Position numbers and translations under genes: made by a program
Shown: piece after piece, positions 42,599-55,999 of the stretch
How the letters are laid out: every line of letters starts with the position of its first letter
Numbering within the stretch: position 1 is the first letter of the stretch
The notes under the pieces: model-generated
The model's database searches: none
What the model saw: the letters and a program-made list of their open reading frames with translations, nothing else
Told to the model about the DNA's origin: nothing
From: Octopus vulgaris
Taxonomy: Eukaryota
Direction of reading: 5' to 3'
DNA length: 64,000 nt
Assembly (NCBI GenBank): GCA_951406725.2
Contig: OX597816.1
Location: 122,264,001-122,328,000 of the forward strand

Positions 42599-42677
<79 letters not shown>

Positions 42678-42699
42678 GTTATTATTATTATTATTATTA

Positions 42700-42771
<72 letters not shown>

Positions 42772-43027
42772 GTCAAGACGAAGAGCGCGATTCGATTGTA
42801 GTAGATATTTTATTGGTTGAACGATATTTTAACAGTAAGTCTGTCTTTGTCAAGTTCAAAATAAAAAGTGATAAAAATTCAAAATTATAGAAATTTGAAT
42901 GTAAAGTATGAACGAGAGCAACCAGCGTCCACACGTTCATTGGAGTATCTGGCTGGTCTTTGAAGAGGCTTACGGGGCATCGGATACCTGACTGACTAGG
43001 AAATATGCGTGTGTGTGTGCGTGGGTG

Positions 43028-43065
<38 letters not shown>

Positions 43066-43579
43066 CCAGCTGTATGAGTGCATGGATGTAGGTGCCTGAT
43101 GCCTCACCGTGTGTATTTGTAAGCTAGTATACGGGCGGGAGATGAGACATCAGGTCATTGGTGCGTATATAGTTTTTTTCCAGGGTAGAGTAATCTCTAT
43201 TCCTGCATCTAAGGGAATGCATTATCTGCAGGTACCTTCCCTTGAAGTCAATGTCTGTCAAGCCCCTGTAGATTGTCTTGTAATGCCATTGGATGGTGTG
43301 TGGGTTGCTCTGTAGAAATCCTTGAAATAGGATCCACCTAGAGTTTCGGCAATTACAGAAGTAAAGGATTCGGCAATGGTGCTGGCAGTAATGATAATAG
43401 TAGTGTTTCTTTCCCCACACTTTTTCATTTCCATTGTCGTTGACATTGCTGTTGTTGTCCACACATTGTCTGTTAACAGGCAATAGTAAGAAATTAGTAT
43501 TGTATTGACTGTTGGAACAGCTAATTGCACCCTGGAGTTGAGTAAGAATATTTTTCAAATACGACGACTACGACGGCGA

Positions 43580-43653
<74 letters not shown>

Positions 43654-44629
43654 GTGATAATTATAATATCTATTGGCAATTTTTGTTAAGGAGATTTATG
43701 ATTGTTTTCCATGAAGAAAAAAATAACCTAGAGAATGTAAAGGAGATGGAAATACAATACGTAGAGAGCAGAACTTTCTTGTATTCCTCTCCTTGGTCCA
43801 TCCTCTAGCTGCATACGTACATACAAAAATATAAATCTACTTATTCAGCAACATTCTAATGATTCCAACTATATATGTATCCGTCGATCTGTTTGTCTAC
43901 CTGTCAATATGTATAACCATCGTTCTGTCAATAAACATAGACAAAGGTATCGAACAGAAACTTTCTTTCGGAAATTAAATCTTCAATGATTGTCAAGTGT
44001 GTTTTATTATACTAGTATTTTTAGAATCTAATATAGACTATAGCATGATTTATTATCGGATGGAGACAGTAAACCAGTATCTGAATGTAGAGCCGGGTGA
44101 GTTTGCTTTACATGTCTGGGTCTAAATTATGAAGGGTGACGAGTGAAATAATCAGAAAGGGTACAGGCGAGAGAGAAAGGAACAGAGAGAGAGAGAGAGG
44201 CGAGAGAGAGAGCGAGAGAGAGCGAGGGGAGAGATAGAGAGAGGAAAAGAGAATTTGTATTCATCTTAGAGAAAAATATATGGAAAGTGAGAGCGGGAGA
44301 GAGAGAAAAAGAGAGAGTGACTGATAGTTTATGTCCGTCTAAGAGAATAAAGAATGGAAAATAAAATGGTAGACTCTAGAATGTCTGTGAAAATGTGTTT
44401 ACATGGGTAGACTTTCCTTTGTGTGCGTATGTGCGCGCGTGTGTGTGTATGTGTGTGTGTGTGTGTCTTTGTGTGTTTGCGTGTGTGTAAGTGCATGTGC
44501 GTATGCATAACTTTATAGTCAAAACATACACACATATATTGAATGCTTTCATTTAAATTTTTAGATCTTGTCGAACGACTGAATGCCAAAATGGGATAAG
44601 TTGACTGATAAGATGTATAGTTTATATCT

Positions 44630-45035
44630 GTAGTAGTGGCACTCCGTCGGTTACGACGACGAGGGTTCCAGTTGATCTGTTCAACGGAACTGCCTACTCG
44701 TGAAATTAACGTGCAAATGGCTGAACACTCCAAAGACACGTGTACCCTCAACGTAGTTCTCGGAGAGAATCAGCGTAACACAGTGTCCGACAAGGTTGAA
44801 CCTTTGAAAAAAAGGTAGTTCCGTTTGAAATACAGGTACAACGGAACCAGGAAGAAAGAGTGAGAGAAAGTTGTGGTGGAAGAGTACCGCAGGGTTCGCC
44901 ATCCCACTGCCGGAGCCTCGTGGAGCTGTGGGTGTTTTTGCTCAATAAACACTCACATATCCCGGTCTGGGAATCGGAACCGCGATCCTACTACTACGAG
45001 TCCGCTGCTCTAACCACTGGGTTATTGCGCCTCCA
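44630..45035 (-). mobile_element. tRNA-derived SINE with family 2 tail but a different head and body
   Basis: Minus-strand head ggaggcgcaataacccagtggttagagcagcggactcg..ggttccgattccc; 3' ~200 bp matches 7535-7716. Confidence 0.82.
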
Positions 45036-45094
45036 CTTATATATGTATATTAGGAGTGAACAAATTCATGTATGAAAAATGTTGACGCCGTTTC

Positions 45095-45298
45095 AAATAC
45101 ATAAGTGTATACATACATACATACATACATACATACATACATACATACATACATACATACATACATACATACATACATACATGCATACATACATACATAT
45201 ATACATACATATATATATATACACATGTACATATACATATATATATATATACATATATATATATACACATGTACATATACATATATATATATATATAC

Positions 45299-45344
<46 letters not shown>

Positions 45345-45375
45345 GCATCCATAAATATATACTTGCATACATACA

Positions 45376-45409
<34 letters not shown>

Positions 45410-45420
45410 CATACATATCT
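45095..45420. repeat. Compound (TACA)n/(TA)n tract
   Basis: Directly visible; source of several spurious ORFs. A similar AT tract lies at 58044-58490. Confidence 0.95.
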
Positions 45421-45499
45421 ATTATCTATCTCTGTATGTGCGTGTGTACTTGTGTGTGTATGGAAGTTTGTGAAGTCTTTAATGAATACTGCAGGTAAC

Positions 45500-46140
45500 A
45501 TGGAATCCAGTATATCCTGTTGCATGGAAGGGTGACTACACCTGCCCCCAACTAATCTTTACTGGGGAAGAGCGTTGCTAGAAACCTAGCAGGGCTAAAA
45601 ACAAGACCCGTGAAGAGGACCTAGTGTAGGTGCAATGACTATCTATCAACAGCACGGACCCTCAGAAATTTCGGGTTGGTGCTCGACGTACTAGAAGACC
45701 ACTCGCAGTGAGGCAACCTTCAGCTTATATGAAAGCATAGATCTAGGAGAAGGTTACTCTGATAAAAAGCCAGATATGCTGGGAATGACAATGTACATAT
45801 TGGAGGTCCTTTGCACGCGCTTGAGATCATGGGGCTCTCACATTCTTGAGCCTGCGACTCTTATTGACACTGGATACCTTGATCTGGCCTATCTCTAGAT
45901 CATGTCTGTAAGATGAAGAGGGTATGCAAAGTACTGAATAGCTCCTTTTAGGATCTGCAATCTTCGGCAAAGCAACTTTTCGATGTCTGCTCTTGTAGGA
46001 GGGCGCTGCAGTGAGTGTGGAATCCAGGTGTGCGAAGCCGGATGAAGCTAACCGTGAGTGAAATATTCTCATGCATAGGTATTACTGGCATTTTGCATAA
46101 CCAATGGTCAGTGATTCTCGTCCTCGGTCATGAGTGGACT
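45500..46140 (+). mobile_element. Possible RTE-type LINE 5' UTR
   Basis: GC-richer block containing gaggcaacc..tctaggagaaggttactctga, which resembles RTE 5' UTRs as I recall them; no ORF support. Confidence 0.35.
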
Positions 46141-46154
46141 ATATATATATAATA

Positions 46155-47060
46155 TTCGGAGCCACTTCAACATGTCTACCCGTTCGAACGGACTCTACTC
46201 CGATTTTTTAACCTCAAGAAGACATCTCCTCTAGCTGGTTAAAGATGCCTCAGGATTTGCTTAAAATAATCAAGACTTGGAAGCGAAATTCTGTTGGTAG
46301 GGTGCTCCAATTAGCCCCATGCGAGATAATCCAAGGAGTTCAAGTCTGGACTGGAAGAAAGCTAGAAGTTGGCAGGCCAAATGTCGGCGAAGTTGTTTAC
46401 GCAGAATTTCTGCACTTTCTTTGCCGTATGAGCAGGAGAACCATCTTGGATCCACATATAACTAACGGGTAGTTAGACTGCAGCCAAGGGAAAACCTTAT
46501 ACCGTAGGACTTAATAATAAAAGTCAGCCCTCACCTTTTCCCCAGACTTGAAAAAATTATTGAGAATCATCTTTTTTCCATCAGACACCACGACTCCTAG
46601 TATGATGACTTGAGCTGGGGGGTTTGGTCCTAAAGTCACTCTTTACTTCAAAGGGTGGCTTAGCAATGTATCGAAGTTTTAAAACAACATCAACCGTAAA
46701 GTTATTTTCACCTGAAGATTTTGACGGTCTGTCCATTGTGCTTCAGGTATTGCAAACACTTTTTTGAACCCTTTCATTTCTTTTGGCTTTCATTGCATGG
46801 ATCAATAGGTGTCTCGGGGTCGGGGTCCTCACATATGACCACAAATGTAAATCAGTGGGTACAGAATTTCTGATTGTGTTTGGATCAACTTTCATGTCCA
46901 TGGACAGTTTTCTCATGGATGTTGGGTCTTTCGAAATTTTGGTTTTGAGAGTTTTAAGAAATGCATTACCCCATTTTGTCGATCCCATATTCCAAGACCT
47001 CTGCACAGATTCCATCAGACCCTGGAGATTTCTTGTTATTCAGCTTATTCACAGCTAAAT
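46155..47060 (-). mobile_element. Second DD37D (maT) transposase relic
   Basis: KISKDPTSMRKLSMDMKVDPNTIRNSV..DLHLWSY, VIILGVVVSDGKKM and WIQDGSPAHTAKKVQKFCVNNFADIWPANF*LSSSPDLNSLDY (D-37-D). Confidence 0.88.
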
Positions 47061-47061
47061 A

Positions 47062-47822
47062 AATATCATTTAAAGTTAGTTCAAATGCCATCTCCTCTAT
47101 AACTGGAAGGTGTTCGATTTTTTCTATCATCCTCATGCCAACGGACGATGGTCTATTGAAAAGTGCAGAAAACTGTTCTACTCAACATTTATGAATAGAA
47201 GCGGTGTCAGTCAAAAGCAAATGTCCATGTGCTGTTCTCGCCGAGCCATTGCAGAAGGTTTTGGGCCATATACCTCCTTAACATGAAAGTACAGACCCTT
47301 GGCATCATTTCTATCAGCTGTTTATGGCGCCCCTTTTCCTCTAATCATTTCACCATTCCTATTCAATTTTCCTTAGAACGTCTGCATTTTCCCTTTAAGC
47401 TTTCTATAAGCTTCGTTTGAGTTGGGGTTCAAGGACTGAGAAAGAAGTGTATTGCCTAAGTTTTGTTTTTCTAAAAGTAGATCATGAATTGCTGGTAATA
47501 TGTCTGAAAATCATTCACTGGACACATGCGATTTAAATTCCACTGAAGAACTTGCAGCTTCAAATATTTTTGTTTTGGAATCTTCACATTTGGATCACGT
47601 TTAATACTTCTGTAGCATCGTGGAATCTTTGCAAGTTGCTTGGTAATTTAAAGTGTGCAACATTTAACTTTTTGGGTACCTTTGTTAAATATCTAACAAG
47701 CTAACTAATCGATAGTTCATCTAATGTGCTGGTTAAACAATCAATCAGTCGTTTGCATGCCAAAGTCCTTTCGTCGCTATCGTGACCTCAACAACATGCC
47801 TCTTCTCATCACGGTCTGCCTT
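47062..47822 (-). mobile_element. RTE LINE fragment (endonuclease end to RT linker)
   Basis: PKKLNVAHFK..PAIHDLLLEKQ..ADRNDAKGLYFHVKEVYGPKPS..GHLLLTDTASI..EQFSALFNRPSSV..IEHLPVIEEM, with stops and frameshifts. Confidence 0.8.
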
Positions 47823-49331
47823 GAGTCTCTCTGGGAATGAGAATTATGGCTGTGTGTATATACACAAGAATATGTGTATATTGATGTATGTTTCCTTACA
47901 AGAGAAAGGAAGGTTGAGTGTAAATGAAGAGTTTATGTGTGCGTGTGTGTGCATCTGTGTGTGTCATTGTACACTTGTGTGATTGCCTGAAAAGTGTGCA
48001 GTAGCCATCAGCCATCCGTAAGTTCGGTCTCAGATCTGCTTAGATTTGCCTGTCATCTCGGTGCATCTGGGTGCAGTTCCTTATCTGGGGAGGAGAAGAG
48101 GAGAACAGGGTAGGTGTATGTGTGTGTAAGTACACGTGTGCACGATAGAGAGACAGAGTGTGTGTGGTCTAGTGTATGTGTTTGTGTGGTGGAGTAGGTT
48201 CTGTAAGTGTGTATATTCGAATGCGTATGGTAGAATGTATGAGTGTTTGCTTATGTATGTGAATTCCACTATGTGTGTATGGGTGCACCTGCGTGTGCTC
48301 GCCGAGTGGCGAGGTTTTTTGAGGAGTAAGCGTCTGTGTGTATGATAGCATGCGTGCGTGTATATATGTATAAGAGTCTCTTCTTTGTCCTTGTCATCCA
48401 AAGTAACGACACTGACCACCCTGCGTCATTGTCTTGGTTTCACCTTCATTTCTAAATATATTGTATATAGAACCGTGTCTCTTTATTATCACAGACGAAA
48501 TTATGCAGTACGATGACTACATATCGATTGCATGAACATAAAATCTATGTTGTGAGACCGTTAGTCCATATGATCCTTTAAAATCTTTTGATTTTGGTAT
48601 CTAAACATGACCTGCCAGTTCAAGAAGCAGAACTATTAAAAATAAATGAATGAATTAATAATAAATAAATAACAACATAATATATCGTAGTGTATTTGGT
48701 AAATTTGAAATACATAAGAAAGACAGAAACATAATCCCCTTTTGAAACTTTTCAATGTAAAAACACCTTTTGTTACACGAGAAAGCATCGGCATCGCCGG
48801 TCGAAGAGTATCAACTATCGATATGTTTATAGATTCATTTACTAATACTTCTTCATTTTGCTGAATAGTACTGAACTTCTACGGGAACCACGTCTTACTA
48901 ACTCAAGAACTGAAGCTGTTATACGGATGTCATCTCAACAAGTTATCATTTGAGTGTAACGGATGAATAAAATTAAGACCATGTGCAGTGCATCTATTTT
49001 CTCTTTTTTTTTTTAATTAACAAGGCTAATGGCGTCGTATAAGAATGAAAAACATGGAAATATTAACAGTAATTTTCTAAAAATGTGCACTTTGGACGCT
49101 GATGGAATACTAAAAATTTTTCTCACACTTTAAACTATACGATAGCATATAAAATCTACAAACAATGAAAACTGAACGGAAATTTCTTAAATGTGTGTTT
49201 CAGTCATGACTACAATACTGCATGTGACAAAGAAGACGTTGCTTCCCGTTTATACAAATAAAATGTTTGAGTGAGTTTATGTGTACCTGTGTATGTGTAT
49301 GTGCCTATTTGTGAGTATATATATTTGTGTG

Positions 49332-49375
<44 letters not shown>

Positions 49376-50299
49376 CATGCACATATACATGTATAAATTG
49401 TATAAATGTGTCTGAATAGAGAGAGAGGAAATAAAGAATAGGAAGGATATGGAGGTTGTCAAGAAATGTAGCATGCCGTGAGTACCATCTTCTACATTCC
49501 TCTATAAAGAAGAGATAGCAATAAAAAACTGAATGGGAGAGAGGTGCATCAATAACAATTGAGAGCATAAAAACACTGATGAAAATTTAAGGAAAAAAAA
49601 CTGTTGATATTAAAAAGAAATAAAAACTGTGAAATTTACCGATAATTTCCATCCAAATTTATAAATGAATCCAAAATTGCGATAATTCGTAATATTTGCT
49701 CTGTTATTTTACATTTATCTCTCTTTCTGCCTGAATTTTCATGTAACTTTATGTCTCAAATTGATCTAAATTTGGGTTGCTTTTCTAAAGTTTCAGATTG
49801 TTGATATCTCTGAATGTTTGCATCCCTCCACACACAGATATACACTCACATGAGCACATGTACGTTTAGATTTGGTACATTGATACTCCCCTGTATTTCA
49901 TTATTTTAATGTTTTTTTTTTAATTTACGTACAATGAGTAGCAATTTTTCTTACTCTGCCAGTCTTTCTTTCTCTTTCTTTTAATCTCTCTGACGTATTT
50001 TTCTATCCATATTCCTTTATGCATCCATGTATATGTATGCATAAATGTGAAAATCCTCGAATTTATGTATGCACGTATGTATATGTATATACACGGGTAT
50101 GTATGTAATCATGCACGAAATTATATATCTATGCGTCTATATATGTCTGTATGCTTGTAAATATGCTTGTATTTACACACACACAAACAAACAAACAAAG
50201 ACACACACACATCGAAAGTCTTTACTCGCCTAGCGCTTCGAAGATCAAAGGAGTATGCAAAATCTAATCTACATCTTATTTGATGGTTAAATAAGAAAG

Positions 50300-51150
50300 C
50301 ACGGATAGTTAAAAGACTTTTCGAAGAGTGGTTTACAAACATACTTTGCTTCTACTGAAGAAAGGTAGAAAGATACAATCCTAGACATAATATTTCCATG
50401 GAAGCATTGCGCATTTTAGGCAATGCACTAAGTCATTCGGCGAACAGAACGGAGCTTTCTGATAATGTGAATGTAAAATACATCCTCAAGATACGACTTC
50501 TTTCCTCCAGTCAATAAGATCCAGCGTGACAGAGATTTCAACGCAAATTTGTTAAAAAGAACTTTCAAACAACTTATGAAAGCATTTGACAGGGTGGATA
50601 AACTAACTATTAGAGAATTATGGAAGAAGTTCAACATAGAGCTTGTTGTGAATAATACAGCTGAGAAATCGGATAAACTCATAACTTTTAAAGGGATTTG
50701 GACAAATGTATGGCAAGACACTGTCCGTTAGTCTAAAGATTTTCACAAGCAGAAACTCTACATCAAATTCGAAAACATGTGACACTTGCAAATGATGTAG
50801 AACTTGAAAAACTCATAAAGGATGTTGTGGCTGAGTTGCTAGTGCTCAACAGAGAACACTATTAACTCTTCTGACGAGGAGCCTTAGAAGGAGAGCAAGC
50901 TGAGGACACAAATATATGGAAATGCAAACAATTCTAATCGACTGCAAAGTATATTGCTTATGCAGGAAGCTCTGCAAGCTTTTGCTGATAGCGGACCTAA
51001 CTGTAAACGTAACAAAATGTTCGTAATAAGCTCGGTTCTTGCAATGAGAAGTACAAAACATCATAAACTTGAAAAGCATCAAGAAACTTGAGATAAGTCC
51101 TTCACCTCTCAAGAAAATATCTAGTCCTTTATCCGTGCCGTAACTCTCCA
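50300..51150 (+). mobile_element. Tigger/pogo transposase relic
   Basis: NVNVKY..LLKRTFKQLMKAFDRVDKLTIRELWKKFNI..KGIWTNVWQD..DVVAELL, resembling the C-terminal part of Tigger DDE_1 transposases. Confidence 0.72.
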
Positions 51151-51848
51151 TCCCCGCGCACTAAAGTGAACATCTTTTGTAGCAAGGATATACTGTGTTA
51201 TGATATTACAATTCTTTTTTATTCCTTTACCTATTTTTCGTCATATGTTGTTTTCTGTGTTTAGAAATTGCAATTTTCGTGCATAAATTTTGTCATGCAG
51301 CTTTATTATATTTTTTGTCATTTTTCGAAAAAATCTATCAGAATGCATCTGCTTTAATAACATGAAAGTCAAGTAGAAAATTAATTTGGCTTTAGAAGAT
51401 TTGCATTATGAAAAAATTTACAGTTCGGGAACGCTTTACCACTGGAACTCGAGGGTTTTACACACACACACACACACATACACGCACACACTCACACACA
51501 CAAACACACTCACACACACACACACACACTTTCACGTACACACATTTGCGAATATGCATATGTATTTATTTTTACGTGATTTCATGTGCGGTAATTTTTT
51601 GGGTTATTTATTTGCCGAATTATTCTCTATGGATGATTATTGTTTTGGTAATTTTGCACTGTAAAAATATTTTTAGCTCTCAGAATATGTTTACCATGAG
51701 CTCCAAACAACCTGCTAGTAAATTATGCAAATGTACTTTAATAGCTTGTAATATTTTAATGTTTCTGGTTTATTTTCTAAAAACCACAGATTCCTCTTCC
51801 TTATATCATTGAACTGTTATTCTCTATCAATATTGAAATAACGTAGAG

Positions 51849-51945
<97 letters not shown>

Positions 51946-52402
51946 TGGAATAATAACCATAATTCAGTATAGCAACAAAATTAATCACTGGAAATTTATG
52001 CTGTGTTCCTTCAAGGAATACTACTAAACTGAGTTAGTAAGCCCTGTACACCGTTATATTTCCTACTCTTGTGAAAGCTTGCGTCTGAGTTATGAAGGGC
52101 TGCAAATTGTATACATTGTATCGTTTGCAAATTGTATACATTGTATCTTTTGATCTAAGTTAATAATAAATTTTTGAAATTAAATTGTGTTGGTTAAGTG
52201 TGCTATGTAAAGCGTTCATCTTGAATAGATACGATGGATTAGACTTGCACGTTTTAAGTAACCTATATTCCTGTAATAGTTCTTGTTTTCGCAGTTGTGC
52301 GTGAAACACTGCAAATTGGTGAATTCGCACAATTAGGAATCCTTAAAGCATGGTGCCAGTTGCGACGGACACCTGCTAAGAGGAGGAAAGACAATCTTGA
52401 TG

Positions 52403-52800
52403 TATTAGGTTGGCACCTAAGTTTCCGCCATTTTTTAAAATTTAAATTTTTCAAAAGGTTTAATAAAAGAATAACAACTAATTAATTAATAATGTATTCA
52501 CCCTTGTTGTTTGAGGAGAATTTTCATGCAAAAGTTGGTTTAATCGCTCTTTATCGAAGTCAACTTGAAGGCCAGAACGAGGTGCGTCTTTGAGGTCAAA
52601 ATTTCCTTTTTTAAAATTGGTATACTAATCACGAGTGGTTCTTTCAGCTATGGCACCCTCTCCATACATAGCATAAATGTCGAGAGAGCTTTTGCGGACT
52701 TAGAACTTTGATTAAAAGCAAAAAGAAGGAGGTATCGAAAATGCCCGTTTTTCTTAACTTGACATTCCGTTTTAATGATCTGAAAATAAACAAAAATTAA
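52403..52800 (-). mobile_element. Internally deleted mariner
   Basis: TIR tattaggttggcacctaagtttccgcc at 52403. Minus strand reads HFRYLLLFAFNQ..YGEGAIAERT..FKKGNFDLKDAPRSG..DKERLNQLLHENS joined directly to the C-terminal NNKGEYIIN*. Confidence 0.85.
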
Positions 52801-53902
52801 CTAAAATTAACTGGAAAAAAATTCCAAAATGATTCAAAAACAGTCTTGTCAATCTGCTATAGATGTCCGAACTTACGTCACTTTGGAGATGGTGCAAATT
52901 TTAGAGACTCCTGCTTCAGTCCTTTCTAAGACCTAAGGTAATGCAGGCATGCTCCTAAGAAACCATTACAGTTACCTAAAAATACTGCTAAGCAGAATGT
53001 CCTGTACCTAGAAACGTCATTAGGTAAATCGGTGCCCAACTTCTTTCGATACATACATAGCCATTAATGTTAGGGCATCAGTTTCAAATTACTCTCATCT
53101 ACGAACAAGGATTTGCCGCCTAGATTCTCACAGACTACCCTAGTATGTCTAGGCAATTGCAAATAAAGGCATGTTGGAATGCATAGTCTCGCTGATGGCC
53201 ATCACACCCAAATAAAATAACCTGAGGACGCTGTTTGAGCAAGTGCTTTTAATTCCACACATCACTCCTTTTCACGAACATCCAAACATTCAATCGTAAA
53301 TCCTATTATAGTGGTAGTCGGGTGAGAAGATAAGAACGGAATAAATTGTTCTTACTTAAATAAGAATTAGAAGTTACCGGTTTGTTGGAGCAATCATCAA
53401 TTGATCGACGTAGCAAGTACGAGCGTTGGCTCTCTTATGAATAAGAATTCCGTGTCTTTCTTATCTATTGCTCTTTGTTTCTGTTTGCTCCTCTTTTTCT
53501 ATGTATATGTATTTCTCTATATGCATTTATATCATTCTCTATTTACCATTATCAATACCAACGGCATTGCAGCCATCTTCACTACTACACTCACCAAAGA
53601 AACCAATGCAGCACACTCCAGCACCAACACTGCCATAGCAACAATACAGCTACTTTCTCATCCACGTTACTTCCCTTAGCGTTGCACACATTTTAATAAA
53701 AAATGGACAATCTGTTTTTGTATACAGTTGATGATGATGATGATGATAATGATGACTAAACTGGAAATTATTTCCTCGAACCCGAAAAAATGAAAGGCGA
53801 AGTCGAAATTGAACTCAATGTAAAACGGGCGAAATGCTACTAAATATATTGTCAGACATACTAACAATATTACCTACTCACTGCCCTGATGATGATGAAG
53901 AA

Positions 53903-53962
<60 letters not shown>

Positions 53963-54886
53963 TATAATAATAATAATAATAACTTTTTGAAAAACTGTGA
54001 ATAAATAATTTAAGGTTTTTAATTGATGTGTAGTTTTCTAGGTTTTCTGGACTTAATTGAAGATGTGTCTAATTTTCGTGTTATTATTTTATTCCTTGGC
54101 TAAATATTGATTGCTGTTTAAATAATTCTGTTTGCATTCAAGACCAATATAATATCAAGGACACTTCATCTTGATCGGAAGATCTTATACACATTGTGGA
54201 ACCTATAATCATTACGAAAGCTATTTTCTGTCGAGAGACAGAAGGGCGAGAAAGACAAAAATAGATAGAAAGTGAGGGAGAGTGAGGGAGTAGAAAAAGA
54301 AATGGATAGATTGAGATGGAGAGCAGGAGTGTTACAAAAATATAAAACGTGAGAAAATAGACTGTAAAAATCAATTTCAAAATAGGCGTGCATGCATTGC
54401 ATACTCTCTTGCACAAGCTTTGCAATTTGCATTCGAGAAAGCACGAATATATTTCAACCCACAAAAGAATTTGATCAGATTAATATTCGTGTGAAAACTG
54501 AAGGGAAAAATCAATGAAATAAGAGGTAGTATGTAATTTGTGATGTAAAGACTCTGTGATAACTTATTTGTGTCTCAACTGTATATAATAGTGATGCATC
54601 AAATATAATTTACATCAAAAATCTGGTATTTTGCATTTATTTAGGCATCATGTTATATTATTTACACATATGAAGGAAACAAGCAAAATCACAACACGTT
54701 CATTTGCATCGATTCCCACATGCACACACACATATGCACACATACAAACAATATATATATATATGTATATATAACGAATGGTTTACACCTGGTAGCTTAC
54801 TAGTAAGGCATGGTCACTTTCATAGTGATCTTTATGTATATGGCAAATGAAAGACGGAAGATGGAATATACAAGAATTTATTATTA

Positions 54887-54992
54887 ATCACGACAATTGT
54901 TTCGACACATTTACTATTGATCCCTCATGGGTGGGACACTCAACAACTGGTTCAGGAGCATCCGGTGGTGCAGATGTATCTCGTCGGGTGAT
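54887..54992 (-). ncRNA. Type I hammerhead ribozyme, U4C core variant with a large stem II insertion
   Basis: Minus strand: aucac-CCGACGA-gauacau..[~60 nt]..auguguc-GAAA-caauug-UC-gugau; palindromic stem III; within PLE-like sequence at ~54830-55410. Confidence 0.75.
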
Positions 54993-55514
54993 AAATAGAC
55001 ACAACTCGTTGAAATAACAGTTCCGCAATGTAACTTCTCGTTTTGTAGAAAGAAAAGTAGCCAGACGGAGGAGATGTTTTCATTTATATAGAATATCAAA
55101 ACTAAAATCACAGATGGAAAGAGCAACGAACACGCAATACAGCGAGAAAAGTATTAAACATAACCGTTAACAAATATGGATTATTAATGCAATCGGGCAA
55201 ACTGCATGGCCCAAGTATACGCGTTCATACAAGAATCTGCGAAAATGTGAGTATACGTACAAGTGAGGTTTGGTGCACTCGTGATCAAAAGCGAGTTAAC
55301 TATCTACTGTTTGTAAAAAAGGGGAGGTTTAACTTTCCTTTCAAAGATCTATAGCAACCATCTGATTAACCGTAACATTGTCCCATTCATACATGGCTAC
55401 TGTGTCGAAACTCATTCTTGCATTCAATATTGAATTTTATTTATTTATTCATCTATTTATTATCATCATTATTATCATTATTGTTTTTACTATTATTGTT
55501 GCTGTTGTTTTAGT

Positions 55515-55596
<82 letters not shown>

Positions 55597-55999
55597 GCTG
55601 CTGCTACCTTATGGATCTATTGAAAAATATTAAGTAAACAAAAATTATTTACAAATCAAAATGCGGACACTGAAGCCATAAGAACTACAAGCAAGGAATT
55701 CAGCAAATCCTCCAGTATTTGATAGTGATAGGTCAATCTCTCAGAACGATAGTACCCGTAAAGATATTAGCAGCACATGCCTCCACCATCACGAACAACA
55801 ATAACAGTACCAAAGAAAACGAAATTAAATATGTAAATCACAAATGACAAGAGATGTATTAATGTTGTAATGAAAGGCTATGAAGATAATCAAGTCACCA
55901 TTACCAAGGAAACACAAAAGCCAGCAAAAATCAAGAATGCAAACAGAAGCACTTCAACAACTTCTATGCACTGTCTAAGGAAAGTGCTTTTAGACATAG

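Noticed and set aside
43124-43558. 144-aa minus-strand ORF
   Set aside because: No recognisable domain, low-complexity N-terminal half, non-ATG start and no clear splice signals.
46030-46140. Possible ribozyme (ccggatgaag..gaaa or HDV-like gtcctcg) in the putative RTE 5' UTR
   Set aside because: I could not build the required helices or the nested pseudoknot by eye.
52101-52148. Tandem duplication of tgcaaattgtatacattgtatc
   Set aside because: Simple two-copy slippage with no further structure.
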